Source: Piromyces finnis finn (Eukaryota; Fungi; Neocallimastigomycota). From it: DNA of 64,000 nucleotides. The notes under the pieces are model-generated. The model was not told the DNA's origin. It did no database searches and saw only the letters and a list, made by a program, of their open reading frames with translations. Within the stretch, counting starts at the first letter, position 1; each line of letters begins with the position of its first letter. Below, piece after piece: positions 31,118 to 53,384 of the stretch. The position numbers and the translations under genes are program-made. The DNA lies in NCBI GenBank assembly GCA_002104945.1, contig MCFH01000010.1:186001-250000 (forward strand), read 5' to 3'.

Positions 31118-31812
31118 TCAAAAAAGATAAACTTTTAAAATTAAATCATATCCCTCTACAAATATTACTATATTTTATTTAAAAAAAAAAAATAGTAATA
31201 TTTGTAGAAGGAGGAATTTAGATTCATAAAGTATCTTACAATGAAACATTTATAATATTAATTATTATTTAATATTATAAAAATTAATATTATATAATTA
31301 GACCTATTATTTTGTATTTTATATTTATATTAATAATTTATAATGTATGTATTATTATTTTTTTAAGATTTTTTTTTTTTATTATTATTAATTGTTATTA
31401 TTATTATTCTTATTATTATTTTTCATTATTTTCTTTTCTTAAGCATTTTAAAAATCATTGCTAATTTTTAATTATTAATAATCAAATATATATTTATATA
31501 TAATCATTATTTTTTCTTTAAATGATTAACTTTATAATTATTCTATCAAATATATTAAATATATATATTCATTTACTCTTTGAAATACTACACCTTTTAA
31601 TTAATTTAAAAACAATTATATAACATATTCTATTAAAAAATAAATAAAAGTAAAATAAAGATTAAAACAATAAAATATAACACTGATATTGATTACATTA
31701 TATATAGTATGGATTTTATCAAAATATTTATAGTTAAATGATTTATTAATAATTCTATAATAGATTATGTATTTTACTTTTTTTTTTTTTTTTGTAAGTT
31801 GTAATAGCAATA

Positions 31813-33679
<1,867 letters not shown>

Positions 33680-34241
33680 TCTATAAATATTTTTTAAAAT
33701 ACTTTTTTTTTATATTAAACTATAATTTTTTGTTATTTTCTTCACTAGCCCTTTTCTTTCTAGTATAATTAAAATCGTTTTAATAAATATTAAATGATAT
33801 TATTATATTTGGATGAAAAGTATAGCATATAAAAAATGAAAATTCATTTTCATATATTAAAATTAAACTTCTTTTTATAATTTAGTTTTTTAATTATTTA
33901 ATCTAATAAGTATACTCAAATTTTTAATCTTCGCTAAAAATTAAATAAATAAATTAAAAAACTTAAATATATATGTAATTTTATAATCCTCTTTTTAACA
34001 GTAAAGAAAATTTATCTCTAACCTCTACCACGAAAAAAAGAAATAAAAGAAAGCTTTTTTAAACATTTTGTGTATGGTATTATACAAAATTTAATATATA
34101 TTAAATTTTTTATAAATGCAAAAAAATTATTTTATTTTCAGAAAAAAACATTATAATTTTTATTCTGAGTATTTATTTAAATTACATGTCATACATAATT
34201 TACTTATTTATTTTTTAATACTACTAAATGCTGAATTTATT

Positions 34242-34452
<211 letters not shown>

Positions 34453-35010
34453 ACTTATTTTACTTTTTTCTTTCTTTCCTAATTTTATTTTTTTTTTCTT
34501 TAAATTTTTTTTTTAAAAAAATTTCTTTTAAACTTCATTTGTTTTTTAATTTATAAAGTTATTTTCATTTCCTTATCCAAATTTAAATCATTAAACTTTA
34601 GTTTTATTACCAATTTAATGAAATTTATAATTACTTATTAATAAATTATTTTATTACGATTTACAATTGCTACAGTAATTTCAAGAAAAAAAATTATATA
34701 TATTAATAAAATAGATAATAAAAATATATATTTATGTATATAAATTATGAAAGTATTATATTATATATCAAATATTTAAAATATATGAATATAATACAAT
34801 TTATAAAGACTGACCGATTGCTTGGTTTAATAAAACAATAATAAATAAAAATGTAAATTGGGGATATATATGAACGAAATCTTTGAATGAAATTTTCGAA
34901 TAAAACTATACTGATAGAAAACTATTATGTTTCTTTTTTTTAAAAAAAAAATAATAATAATAATAATAAACTACTAAAATAAACTAAAAAAAGTAAAAAC
35001 AATAATGGAC

Positions 35011-38000
35011 TTAAAGTCTATTTAATTGTTCTTTTAAACTGTTGTTTTCGGTACGACTCATTTCAAGTTGATTTTCTAACTTAGAAATTAAGAATAAATG
35101 ATAATTGTTTGCTTTTGATAATTCTTCGTTTTCTTTTTGTAATTGATCAATCTTAACATAAAGTTGTTTTATTAAGTCTTCATTTGTTTTGGTATCCTCT
35201 TGTAATGTTTTAGTATCATTTTGTAAAGTATTTTCATCTGATGATATATCCTTTGTAGAATTAAAAATAGACTCATTACTACTTGGATTAATAAGTGTAG
35301 AATAACTTAAATTATTGATCTTAGAATTAATTTGAGTAGTAGAAGATGATGAAGAAGATGAAACTTTATTATTATTGAAAATAACTTCATCTATACTCAA
35401 TTCACTTTTTTCATTATAAGTCGGTGAATAAATTATGGTTGGAGAAGTTACAGATGATAGTGATGATTTTTGACTAGTATTATTATTGTTTAATTCTTTA
35501 CCTTCAACTTCTAAAGTATCATTACTGTTGATTTTTGTATTTTTATCTAATTTCACATTTTCTTTTTTGCTTTCAGATCTTTTATTTGCTATGAATTCAA
35601 TAAAATCATTTTCGTTTATACTACTGTCACTGTATGAACTACTGATATCCTTAGCCGAAAAAGCATTATTCACCTTAAGATTGAAATCATTATCAAAATT
35701 ATCATTATCTCCATTAGTTTTATCATTTGATTTTAGTGCACTTTCACCAATGACACCAACTGACTTACATTTTTCAATATTATCATCATAACTTATGTCA
35801 TTAATTTTTAAATTCTTTAATCCTGATTCATAGATACTTTTTGGTGATTCAACTCCATATCTATTATTCATAACAGTAATTCCACCATCTAAACTACTAT
35901 TATTATCTTTTTTATCGGTAGAACTAAAGATTGAAGTAAAGGATAAATCATTCGGATTTTTGTTTGAATCGTTAGTCAAAGAATTAATAGCACAAAAAGA
36001 TCTACTTTTATTAAGAATAGATGGTAAACCATTTATACTAGAAAATGAGGTATTACCTATTCCGGAAGCAGAAAGTAAATTATTGTTATGATTAAGATCA
36101 ATGTATGGTGAAGAAGAATTAGAACGAGTACTCGAAAGAGTTGAATTTAATAATGGATTTTGGAAAGAATTTGAATTAATTGGACCATTATATAAATTAG
36201 TCATTCCCATTAAATCAACACTGGAAAGTGAATTTTGCTTAATAGAAGTTCTGATTGATTCTGAATTATTACCACCAGGTAAAATTGAACCATGTTTACT
36301 CATGGTTAATGATACAAATGGTAATTTCTCATTATTAGCAGGGTTAGTCATATTAAAGGAAGAAGTAGAATTTCCTTGATGAAGACCTACTGAAGAATGT
36401 AACTTTTCTGTCGTTGCACTTAAATTCATACTAGTATTACCAACATCACTCTCATCTTCAAATAACTTATTTTGATTAAGGGCAGAATCAGATAGTGTTC
36501 TATTTAAATTATTGAAAAGAGTATCAGGATCATTTATAGATGAATAATTCATTTGATTAAATAAATCTTTGGAAATTTTATCACTCATATTCACTTTAGA
36601 ACCATTACCAACAGTTAAGTTATTTTCTTTATTTGGCATAGGTGGCGGTTGTTGACCTTCTGGATAATTTCCATAATTTTGAAGCGGAAGTATCGAATTA
36701 AAACCAGTATTTTTTCCATATTCATGTGTAAATGAAACATCTGGTGGTATCATAAACTTATTATTACTAGAATAATTGGTATTGTTATCATACATTGAAT
36801 TAACCATACCTATAGTCGAATTTTGACCATTATTTTCCATTAAAATTGAAGAAGCATTTGAAAACTTTCTAGATGATAAAAATTCGTTCCTTTCTATGCC
36901 AAAATTACTAGCACTTAATAGTTGATTTGAATTAGTTGACTTTAAACCATTTAAATCTTCATATAATGAACTCTTTTTAAAGAACGGAGAAGTAACACCA
37001 GAATTACTATTTCCATTATTAATAATATTTGGTTCAAGAGATGTCATTAATGGTGTAGATTCTTTACGATTCAAAAGACCACTTAAATTAGTTTCACTCT
37101 TAGATTGACTAATAGAACTTTTAATAATATCGCTAATATTGTTATCTTCCTCTTTATCATTAGAACCTCCTGTGGTACAAGTCATATTCAAATGAAGTAA
37201 TTTATTTGATAAATCTGTTCCAGTACTATGCTTTCTAGTCATGTTATTTTGGTTCTTTGCATAATTTGAAGATAAATTCATTGGTTTAGACATACCACCA
37301 AAATAGCTCATATTATTGATGTTTGGTGGCATGCTGTTCATCTTAACAGGAGGATTCACTATGCCATTACTATTCATATTTCCACCACTATTATTATTAA
37401 ATCCAAAAATAGTATTTGAATTATTTGAATTACCTCCATTAGGACCATAATTATTCATATTTGTATTAGAAGTATTAACCATACCAGCTAAATTTGAATT
37501 ACTATTATTATATTTTATAAAACTAGAATTTGGACCTGTATTTGAAGATACATTGATACTATTTTGACCATTATTATTATGTGGATGGTTAATGACACCA
37601 TTTGCATTAAAATTGGATGTTGTTGGAACTGTAGCTGAAACTGGAGGTGGATATCCATTAGCCATTACCAAACCTCCATTTACACTCATACTACGATAAG
37701 CATTATTCATCATTGGATTAAATGGAGGGGGGCCATTTGGAACATTGTTATGGTAGTTATTATTCATATTAATTGGACTATTGTTTGCATTTTTAATTGA
37801 ATAAATGGTAGTAAAATTGGTGGTTTGATTCATATGCTGTAATACATTTTTAGCAGAAGCTATATCTTGGTAATAAACTAAACTGAAATTTTTTGAAAAA
37901 TGAATATGTAAATAACCTGGGTAAGAGGAATACATTTCAATCATTTCAGTCTCAGTAGTGGAAGTAGGATAATTTGTAACATGTAATATTGAATTTGGAT

Positions 38001-38826
38001 TACCAATTGACGATTGTGAAACAACATTTGGTATATAATCAGCTTTTGAAAAGTTAACCTTTAATTTGGTTTTTGCTAAAAGTTGTTCAGCAGCAGCCGT
38101 CGCACTTTCAATATCAGCAAATACAACAAAACAATAATCTTGATAAAAAGCTACAGTCTTAAAACCAGAAAATGATAAAAGTAAATTTCTTAATGCACAT
38201 TTATTCATAGTAAAATTAGTAACATGAAGAGTCTTTTTTGGTTTTAAAATTGGAGATGAATTTAAAATAGAAGAATGAATATTAACATTTGGAGAAAAGG
38301 ATATAGAATTATATCTTTTTTCAAATGATTTCTTAACTCCGTTTATATTTTGATTACTTCTATTACCAAAATAAGTACTATTAGCATTTAAGGATGATGC
38401 TGATGTATTTATAGAAGCATTGTCTGAGCCATTATTTGCAGTAGTAGTACCACCAGTATTAGTAATATTTTCATCCGAATTATCATACAATGGTGCATTT
38501 TCAGCATTTGGAGCATTAGCTAATTTATCATCAACATCATTTATTTCTTTCATTTTTAAAGGCTTTTGTGGTTTTAAAGATGTCTTTTTAATAGAGTCAA
38601 CCTTATCATTCAAAAAACTTGCAGGTTCCTGTTGAAGAACATTAGCCTATAATTAAATATATATTGAATATTTAGATATATTTATATTTAATATTAATAA
38701 TAAATGATATATACTATGCATAATATGCACTTGAATATTTTAAATTTTGAAGCTTAATAATATACATACAATTAATGCATCTGCAGCAACTGAATAATTT
38801 TCATTAACTTTATTAGAATCACTCAT
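35011..38826 (-). CDS. RNA-binding protein of about 1230 aa with two tandem RRM-like domains, a long N/S/G/M-rich disordered region and a C-terminal coiled coil; 2 coding exons (38826-38770, 38646-35011)
   Basis: RRM1 KTLHVTNF...DYCFVVFADIESATAAAEQL...LKVNFSK and RRM2 SILHVTNYP...FSLVYYQDIASAKNVL. Heptad pattern LIKQLYVKIDQLQKENEEL...LENQLE. The upstream exon MSDSNKV...DALI splices in frame. Confidence 0.8.
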
Positions 38827-41800
38827 GATAAATTCTTCTTTAAATACAACAATTTAAATTTTAAAAAATATTAAGATTATAAAGTTTTCTTCAGTGTATT
38901 TTGTTTACTTATATAAATAAAGGGTTTCGTGAATTTTGTCTTGACGAGTATGAAATTGGCGTTCGTTTCAAATATTTAAATTGTAATTAATATTGCTTAC
39001 AATAATAATTGATGATTATTTAACGTTAATAGATAATAATAAGAATATATATTTGTTAAGTTTCTGATTTGTTTGATCAAAAAACTTATATAGTTAAAAT
39101 TTAAAATTTTAATCTAAATTACTAAATAATAACTAATAAATATACTATCTTATGAAAATATGTACTAAGTTTTATAATGGTACAACGAATATAAAAAACT
39201 TATTGCTTATGCAATTATGATAATAATGACTATTTTACAATGTTTTTACTATGAAAAAATAGTATAATATTTTCACTAGAAATAATTTATTTATTATATA
39301 AATAATAGACTTTCGTTTGATTATTCCTATTTAATATTTTATAATAAATTAATAAAAAAGATTATAAGTTATGGTTCATTAATTACTTTTAAAATTATTA
39401 TTAATATTTCTTACCTTTAAGAACTTTTTTAAGAAAAAAATAAATTGATAAACATATAAAAACAGATTAGTAATTATATTTTAGATATAGATATTATGCT
39501 TTCTGTAAAATTGAAATACTATATAAATATATAATATGTAAAATAAATATGAAATTAATAAAAATGTTTTATTTTAATAAAATTTATGATTTATTTTTAT
39601 AAACTATTTATTTATAATTTTAAATATTACTTTATATGGCTATAATGAATATGAAATGTGTTGTCAAAGAATAAAATAAAAATGTATGTATTCTTTTAAT
39701 GTTTGATAATTATGAAATTTGATTTTTATTTGTGTTTTTGTAATAAATATACAAAAATTTTATATATAAAATAAACAAAATATATATGTATTTTGAAAAT
39801 ACTTTTAATTCGTTAATTTTTTAAACTAATCAAAAAAATTATTTAAATTCAATAAAGAAAAAAAAATTTTTGATATAAAAGTAAATTACTATTTTGTCTT
39901 TAAATTATTAAATTAATCTGTTTTTTTTTCTTTTAATTTTCAATAATACTCAATGAAAATAAATCTTTGTCTGAATTATTTTAAGATAATATTGAAAAAA
40001 AGATATTAATAAAACTAGAAAGGTGATTAAAATAATTGGAATAATAAAAAATGAAGAAATATTGAAAATAAAAAATATTTGATTGTAGGGTTTCGCTAAT
40101 CTAATAATTATTTGATTATTATTTAATTTTATACTTTTCTAAAAAAAAAAAAAAAACAAAATAATATTAATTATTTCATTTTTTTATTTTATATATATAT
40201 ATATATATATTTTTTTTGCTTTTTTTCTAGTAATAATATATTTTATTATTGTTATGTGGTAGCCTTTTTATTTTTATAATTAATACTTGTAAAATCTTTA
40301 TTAATTCTTTTTTATATTGAAAATCTACTGTAAACTATATCTGAAAATAATTTTATATTCTGCTATAAAATTGATTATATTATCAAAAATCAAAAATAGT
40401 TTGAGGTTGGATGTAATTTTAAAGTTTTTTTTTTTTTGATGATAAAAATAATCAAAAAAATAAGTAAATATAATAAAGAGAAATATAAGAATGTTTAATT
40501 ATAAAATAATATATTAATAAATCTTTTTTAATAAAAAAAATAGATGTTATTAATATATCAAGCTAACAGATTTTAAAATGATTAATTAAGTAATTTCTGA
40601 AGAAAACTTTTATAAATTTACTTTTAATTTATATGATTTTTATTGTTATAATTTTTATTTTTTTTAATTATTTATTTTCTTTTTTTTATTTTTATAAAAA
40701 TAAAAAAAAAGCGTATAATTAAAATAAATAAAAATTAATAATAATAAAAAATAATAGAAGTAATAATAGAAATTCCTCGTAAAATAAAAAAAATAAGGAA
40801 ATCTAATTATAATCTTAAAAGTAGATTTACTAATACAATTGTAATGATTAGTAGATTAAAAAAAATAAAAAGAATGAAAAAAAAAATAAAATAAATAATA
40901 AATAATAAATAATAATTACAATTATTAAATTATAATTATTGTATATTTATTAATTATTCTTCATATTTGTTTTTTTTTTTTTTTGTCCCTAACTTATCAT
41001 TTCAATAAATATTATTATTATTTAAGATTATTAATAAAAAAAAAAAAAGAAAAAAAAGGATATTCAATTTTTTAATATATGATTCAATACAATGCAATAT
41101 ATTATTTTGTATATATCAGAATGTACTAATATATTAATAATATATATAAATAATATAAAATAATATAAAAACAGTCAAGTAATTTAATTAATCAAGTTAA
41201 AAAAAAATAAAAATATATAAAAAAAAGTGCATAAAGTCTCGGTATATACAAAGAGCTTCAATTGCTAATAAAAAAAAGAAGAAAAGAAAGAATAAGATAA
41301 AAACAAATAGGCTTAAACAATAAAATATATAATAAATAAATAAATACTTTAGTTTTACTAATTCATCCAAAATGGATTAAATATCTTATTTATAAAATTG
41401 GATAACATTACCATAAAACTTTGTTAAAGCTTGTTTTAATTGTTTTAATGATCTAATAAAAATATTGAAATGTCACTAAAATACACATAAAAAAAAACCA
41501 AAAAATGGAATATAAAAGATCAATCTAATTTGTTTATGAATCATATGATTTTATGGTTTTCTTCTTTTACGTTATTTAAATAAAATAGTTAGAATTATTT
41601 ACCTTTTTAAAAGTATGGTTTAATTACCTTATTAATGAATAATAGTAATAATAATAAAATAATAATATAAATATTAATAATAATAATAATTTATGTAAGG
41701 CGCTTTTTACTTTTTTCTAATTCTTTTTTCATGGTTCATTATTTAGCATGTTCCATTTTATCATGGCTAGCATCAGCAGCAAAACTTCTAAAAATGGTTG

Positions 41801-44497
41801 GTTGTAAAATTAATTTTAATATAACATCTTTTTTTTATTTGTATCAACTGAAATGACACAATTCAATTTAATACCAATGTAAAAATATAATATATTGTAG
41901 TGTATTTATAATATATTATTGTATTTAAATTTTACTATATAAAATAGAATTAACTAAATAAAATGTTTGAGATTTCTAAAATGTTAAAATTCTATTTATT
42001 AAATAATATACTACAATATATTATAAATGTATTACAATGTTACAATATACATACACATAAAAGGAAATATTCAGTAATTTTATTATTTAATCTTTTTTGA
42101 TTTGTGAAATTAAATTAAATTTGGTAAATTAAAACTAACTTATATATATAAGAATTTAAAGAATATAATTGATTATAATATATTACATATTTATTGGTAA
42201 ATACTCAATATATATATATTTTGATATATTAAATTGTTTTTATATAATTTTATATCAACTTCATTATATATGTATTTTACATATTATTAAAAATTTATTT
42301 AAATTTAATATACCATTATAATATATTAAAAATAATTATAATATATTTCTTTTACAACACCAAATAATATTATAATTTTTCATCCAATAAAAGTGCAGTA
42401 TTTACATTACATTATTATATTTTTACATTATGTACATGTACATTAAAAAATACTACCTTTATTATAACTTTAAAATAACTCCATTTCTGGTAACAATTAA
42501 CAAGAAAAAAATGACAGGTTGAAGAACAATCCATGTTTATTCTAATTAATTTATGAGCTTAATAATGGTATTTCATTAACTTGAATGAAAAAAGATAAAA
42601 TAGTATTTTATTACCTATATTAGTATACTAGCCTTAACCTTGCCCATAAAAAAATTATGTACTAATGAGTATCATTAAAATTATAAGTGCCACTATTGAC
42701 AAAATTATATATTTATGTTTTTAATCACATGTATAACTTTATTTTGGAAAAGTTTTTTTTACATATGAACATATTATTAAATTAAAAAACTATACTGAGA
42801 GTTTCTTAAACTTTACTTGTTAGAATGTTTACATTCAATAAAATTTAACTTTTGCAATACCTTTATCATAAAAGTCTTTAATATGTAATCTAGTTCTTTA
42901 TTAGAAACGTTACCTTATTTATACTAATAAGACATTTAGAATTCCAACGATAATTACAAAGACTTTATTATAATAAAATTTGATATCCTCAATTAAGAAT
43001 GCTTAAGAATGAAAAAACAAAATATATAAAATAGATAAAAAAATTACTAGATAAGTAATGTAATAAGTTAGGGTATTATATTATTAATAAATATTACTTT
43101 TAATATAAAAATGAAAGAGTTTTTGATATTTATAATTTTAAATGTTCTTTATAATATCACTTTTTATTCATTAAATGTTACATTTTCATTAGAAATATTA
43201 CTATTTAATAATCCTTTTTAATGTTTCATTTTATTAGTATATTTTAATTTAATTGGAGACTAAAAAAATATAAAAATAAAAATAATCATAAAAAAAATAT
43301 CAAAAATATATTGAAAGGGTTAAGATATAAATAATAATATAATAAAAAAAATAAAACTCATATGAAAATGGGAATTCTGTATTTACGTTTATTTTTTATT
43401 AAATAATAACAATCAATAATTCTTTTTACAATTGTAATATATTGGCATTAAAAATTAAAAATAATTGCATATTATGAATATCATGTACTATAAATTAAGA
43501 GCAGTAGTTATATATACAAAGTAAAATAAGTAATACTAATAATAATAAAATTAATAATGATATAGAATAATAAAAATTAAAACATCTTTAACCTATATAT
43601 AAAAGATGATTATAAAGATATAAGTTAAAAAGTTGTTACATTTTATGATAAATCTTATAATAAGTAAGGAATAAATTAATAAATAAGTAAATAAATAAAT
43701 AAAATTATTACAAAATATAAATAGGTTAGGTTATATTTTAATCATTATATCAAAAAAATTTTTTACAGTTTAGGAAAACTTTTATTAATGGTAATTAATT
43801 AATTTTTTTTTTTTGATACTCCGAATATATCTAAAATATAGATCCTTCATTATAATTATTATTAATAAAAAAAAATAAGAAATAAGAAATAAAAAGAATT
43901 ATTATTATTATATAATAAATTATATAATTAAGTTTAATGAATAGACAGTAGAAAAAAAAAAAAAAAGAAAAAATATTGATTTTTTTATTTTTGATAGTTT
44001 TATTAAATATAATTATAATATACAAAATGGTATGTTTCAACAATTTAAAATAAAATATGTAATATTAGTAATTGAATTACCAACTAACCATATTTATTTA
44101 TTATTATTAACATTTAAATATTTTCTTCTTTATATAAAATAATATAATATATTTGATATATTGGAATATATAAAAAAATAAAAACTAAAACAAAACATTT
44201 ACGAAAATGTACACTTTTTTGGACGAATGCAATATATATATTTAAAAATTATAAAAAAAAAAAAAATGAATAATTGATATATAATATTGTAATAATTGAA
44301 AAAAATGATTAATAAAAATGTAAAATGATGATGAAACTATAAAACTAATATACCATGGTTTTATATATAAATATATTTAATACAATATTTCTGGTCTTTT
44401 GATATACAAAAATATAACATGAAAACCATTAAAAATTAATTAAATGCTTTAATATTTTAATATTATTATTTACATTAAATGAATATTATACTTGGAA

Positions 44498-47321
<2,824 letters not shown>

Positions 47322-47794
47322 TATTATTAGTATTACACAGAAAAAAAAAAAAATAATAATCACAACTTTTATTTATTTATTATTATATATATAATTAGAT
47401 TTTTTACCCTATTATAACATATAAATAAGTACATAAACATAAGAAGCTGTATATTATAAATTGATAAAATTATTACAGCTTAATTAATTAATTAATCAAT
47501 TAATAATGATAAGACCAAAATATATCGAATTCATTTTATTTTTTTTAAAAAAAAATAAAATAAAAATAAAACATATTAATATTAATATTAATATATATAT
47601 ATATATATATATGTTTAGTGTTATATGATATATAAAAGAAGTTGTTCAATTTTTTTTTTTTTTTTTTAATTTTATTATTTTTTTTTAACATTTTTTATTT
47701 TATTTTTTTTAAAGTGTTGAATAGAAATTAGGGATAGATATTTATGAATTATATATACTTCTTAGATGATAATTATAATGATTAAAAAAAAAAA

Positions 47795-49779
<1,985 letters not shown>

Positions 49780-50473
49780 GATTATATATAGATGTTAATA
49801 CGAAAATTAACTATTGAAATAATAATTTTAATTTAAAACAATTATTTTTAAATTTAAATTTTTGTATATTAAACTTTTTTTTAATAAAAATTAATGATTT
49901 ATCCAATCAATACTTTTATATGATTTAAAATTTTAAAAGAGGTGGGAAAAAGAAAGTAAACTAAATAGAAAGTAAAAAAAGAAAAAGAAAAAGAAATATA
50001 TACATATTTGGGATTAATTAAAATTTTAATGAGTAATTTGAAAGTCAATAAAGATTAATATTTATTTATATAATATTATTACTTTTCTTTTTCTTAAAAA
50101 ACATAAAATATCATTTTAATACAACTGGAAACTATCTTTTTTTTTTTTTTTATTATATAAAATTTGAATTTATTTTTAACACTTTATGTTTACACATTAT
50201 TAAATACTATTATTATTTAATATTATATATAATTTATTATTTAATTAATAGGTGCATGTTTTACTATAAGGCGTAATAATAATTTACATTTTATTTTTTA
50301 TTTCTATTATAAATTATGTTTTTTTTTTATTTGCATTTTGTATTTTTTTTTTTTTTATGTTACGTGATATATTATGAATACATAAAAATAAAAGCTTTTA
50401 TTATTATTATTATTATCTTGTTATATTTAGGAAGAAGAAAAAAGTTTAATTTAATAAAAGGATAGATCTTTTA

Positions 50474-51981
50474 CTAATTCTTCTTTTCTTCTTTTTCATT
50501 AAGCATCATTAATGCCATTATAGCAAGCATAATGTATTTTAATTTTGGATAATCTGACATTATAATAGTGAAGTAACCTATGTATGGTAAATATCTATTG
50601 AAAATTATAGAATAAAAGATGAAATTATTAGGATCAAAATTAAATATTAGAAAAAATTATATATATTTAAATTTCTTTTATATTTAAGCTATTATTAATT
50701 ATTATCATCTATACTCTTAATATATATATATATATATTTAGTATCAGGATTAACCATTTTTCATTCTTTTATATATATATTTCAAAATTATCATTTCTTA
50801 AAACTATTTAAAATTAATATTAATTATTTTTTTTCTTTTAAAAATCTTACCCTTTAGCCTTTCCAACAATTTCAGATTTCTTAATCCATAATTGATTCTT
50901 GTTGTATAAAGCTCTGTCATCAACATTATTATTATCTCCCTTGGTTAAGATGAATTCTTCACCAGAAGCATCGCTTTTTTTTTTTTTAAAGTTTCATTTT
51001 TTTTGATTTTTTTTTTTATAAAATTGGATTTTCGAAAGTTATTAAATAAAAAAAAAAAATAAAACAAAAATATTCATGTATAATAATATGAGTGTGGGAT
51101 CATTTATTTATAAAGATAGTTTTATAAAATTTATAATAATAATAATGATAAAAAATGTAAAAACGTTACTCTTTATGAATTTTTAAGATTCTGTGAATAA
51201 TTGGAATATCTTTTCCTTCAATTTTGTAGACGACAATATCACCAGCAACAAATGGTTCATTTTTGAAATTACTTAAAAATATTAAATCACCACGAGAGAA
51301 AGCTGGTTCCATACTTTCACTATAGAATTATATATAATTCAAATTATTTTATTTATATGTTTATAATTTGAAATTGTTGTTTATTTTTAATTTTTCAAAT
51401 TTTTGTTGTATATTATATACATATATATTATAAACACATGTATATTTTAAGAAAATATATTGATAATGAATAAATTCCACATTGATAAATATTAATTTGT
51501 ATTTTTTTATTATGAAATTGAGATATGGTAATAATAAATATTTAAATATACATTGATAAAAATTAAATTAATTTTTTAAAAATAGATATAAAGATATAAT
51601 ATTGATAAATAATTAAATAGATTTTTTTCTATTTAGTCATTTAATTATGAGAAATTTATACCTTAAAACAACAACGATTGGACTTTCGACATTAGTAAGA
51701 ATACCTAAACCTTTCCACATCATTATTGCTGAAGCAGCAACCATAAGAATGTTTAAAATTTGGTGAGCGACCTATACATACATATTACAATTATTGTAAG
51801 TTTATTATCATCAATATTTTTTATACAAATATAGAAAAATTTGAATAATTAACAGTAAATTGAAAGAAATAAAAAAAAAAAATTGAACACTAAAGGTTTG
51901 TTTTTAAATTGATTTTTCAAATTCATTTTTAATATTTACTTCACGATAAGTCTTTCCTGGGAAAAGTGATTCAATTAACAT
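50474..51981 (-). CDS. SEC11: Signal peptidase complex catalytic subunit SEC11, copy 2; 5 exons
   Basis: [14 protein letters not shown]|VAHQILN...[10 protein letters not shown]|[15 protein letters not shown]...IPIIHR...[15 protein letters not shown]...VGKAKG|[10 protein letters not shown]...EKEEKKN*. Catalytic residues are intact. Confidence 0.92.
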
Positions 51982-53384
51982 GCTGAAATTTTTTATTTAT
52001 CTTTTTATTTTATTTTTATTTTATTGAAACATATTGAAATATATGAATATAAAAATATAAATTTTCAAATTAATATCATATAAACATTTGATGGATAATA
52101 ATAAATAATAATATACATATTAAATCTTTTACTTTATTAAAAGCAAAAGATGTATGTTTTTATTATTCATATAAATAATATATACATTAATAAAATTATA
52201 TATAATGAGTATTACAGATATTTTATAAATTACCTTTTTAAAAAAAACTATTATTTATTAATCTTTAAAAAACCCCTAGTTGTTATATTTTATTATTACT
52301 GTTGTTTTTAACTCTTTTATTTTATTTTTTCTTTATTAATTTTTTTTGTTATTATTTTTATTTATTTATTCTCTAAAAAAATCTTTTCTTATTATTTAAA
52401 GTTTGGTTTATATGAAAATCGTAAATGTACTAAGATTATTGGTCAAAATATTTATTTTTATGATCGATATAAAAAAATAAGTTTGTAATATTTTTTTTAG
52501 TAGTATAATTTCTTTCTTTTCTTTTTTCTTTTTTCTTTTTTTTTTTTAAAAAAGTAAATATTGGCTGCATAATTTTTTTTTAAATAAAGAGTTAGACAAG
52601 CACAATTTTTAACATTGGAAAGAATTATACTTGGAATAATTGACTAGATACAATTAATATTTTTAAAGATTTTCATTTTCCAAGAAAAAATTATAATCAT
52701 TAAAAATATGAATTTTCTTCAATTCTAATGATATATTATGCTTGTTGATATTAATTGTTTTTTTTTTTTTTATTATTATTATTATTTTATTTTTATTTTA
52801 TATAGTTGTTTTTAAGATTTTAAATGGTTTATCAAAAATTCCTTTATTTGTAATAAAAAATAAAAAATTTATATAAAAGAACAAATTATAAATTTATTTC
52901 AATATAATAACAACAATCATTAAAGTTAGAATAATATAATATAGTCTTAATTTGGTAATTATTATTAATAAATATTATACTATATTCCTCAAAAAACTAA
53001 CACTGTATTTCCATATAAAACTTGTAACTAATTTTTTTATGAAATTTTTGAATTTGACCAAAATAAAAGATCATAAACTTAAATAATTATCACTATATTC
53101 ATGGAATGAAAATAATGTTAAAAAATTATTATATGATGTTTATATAGAATTTAAATACTAATAAAAATTTATAATATTACTAATATTAAACTTTAATTAA
53201 TAAAATTATAATGTTTCTTAAAATAATCGTAAAGTATAACTAATTAACCTTAGCCATACATTTTAGTATGAAAAATTGTAAATGTATTATTAAAATCCTT
53301 GTAATTACCTTTTTTAATAAACATAATTAATAAATTTTATAAAACATAAATATATTTTTTCAATATGTTCTAAGTATTTAATTC

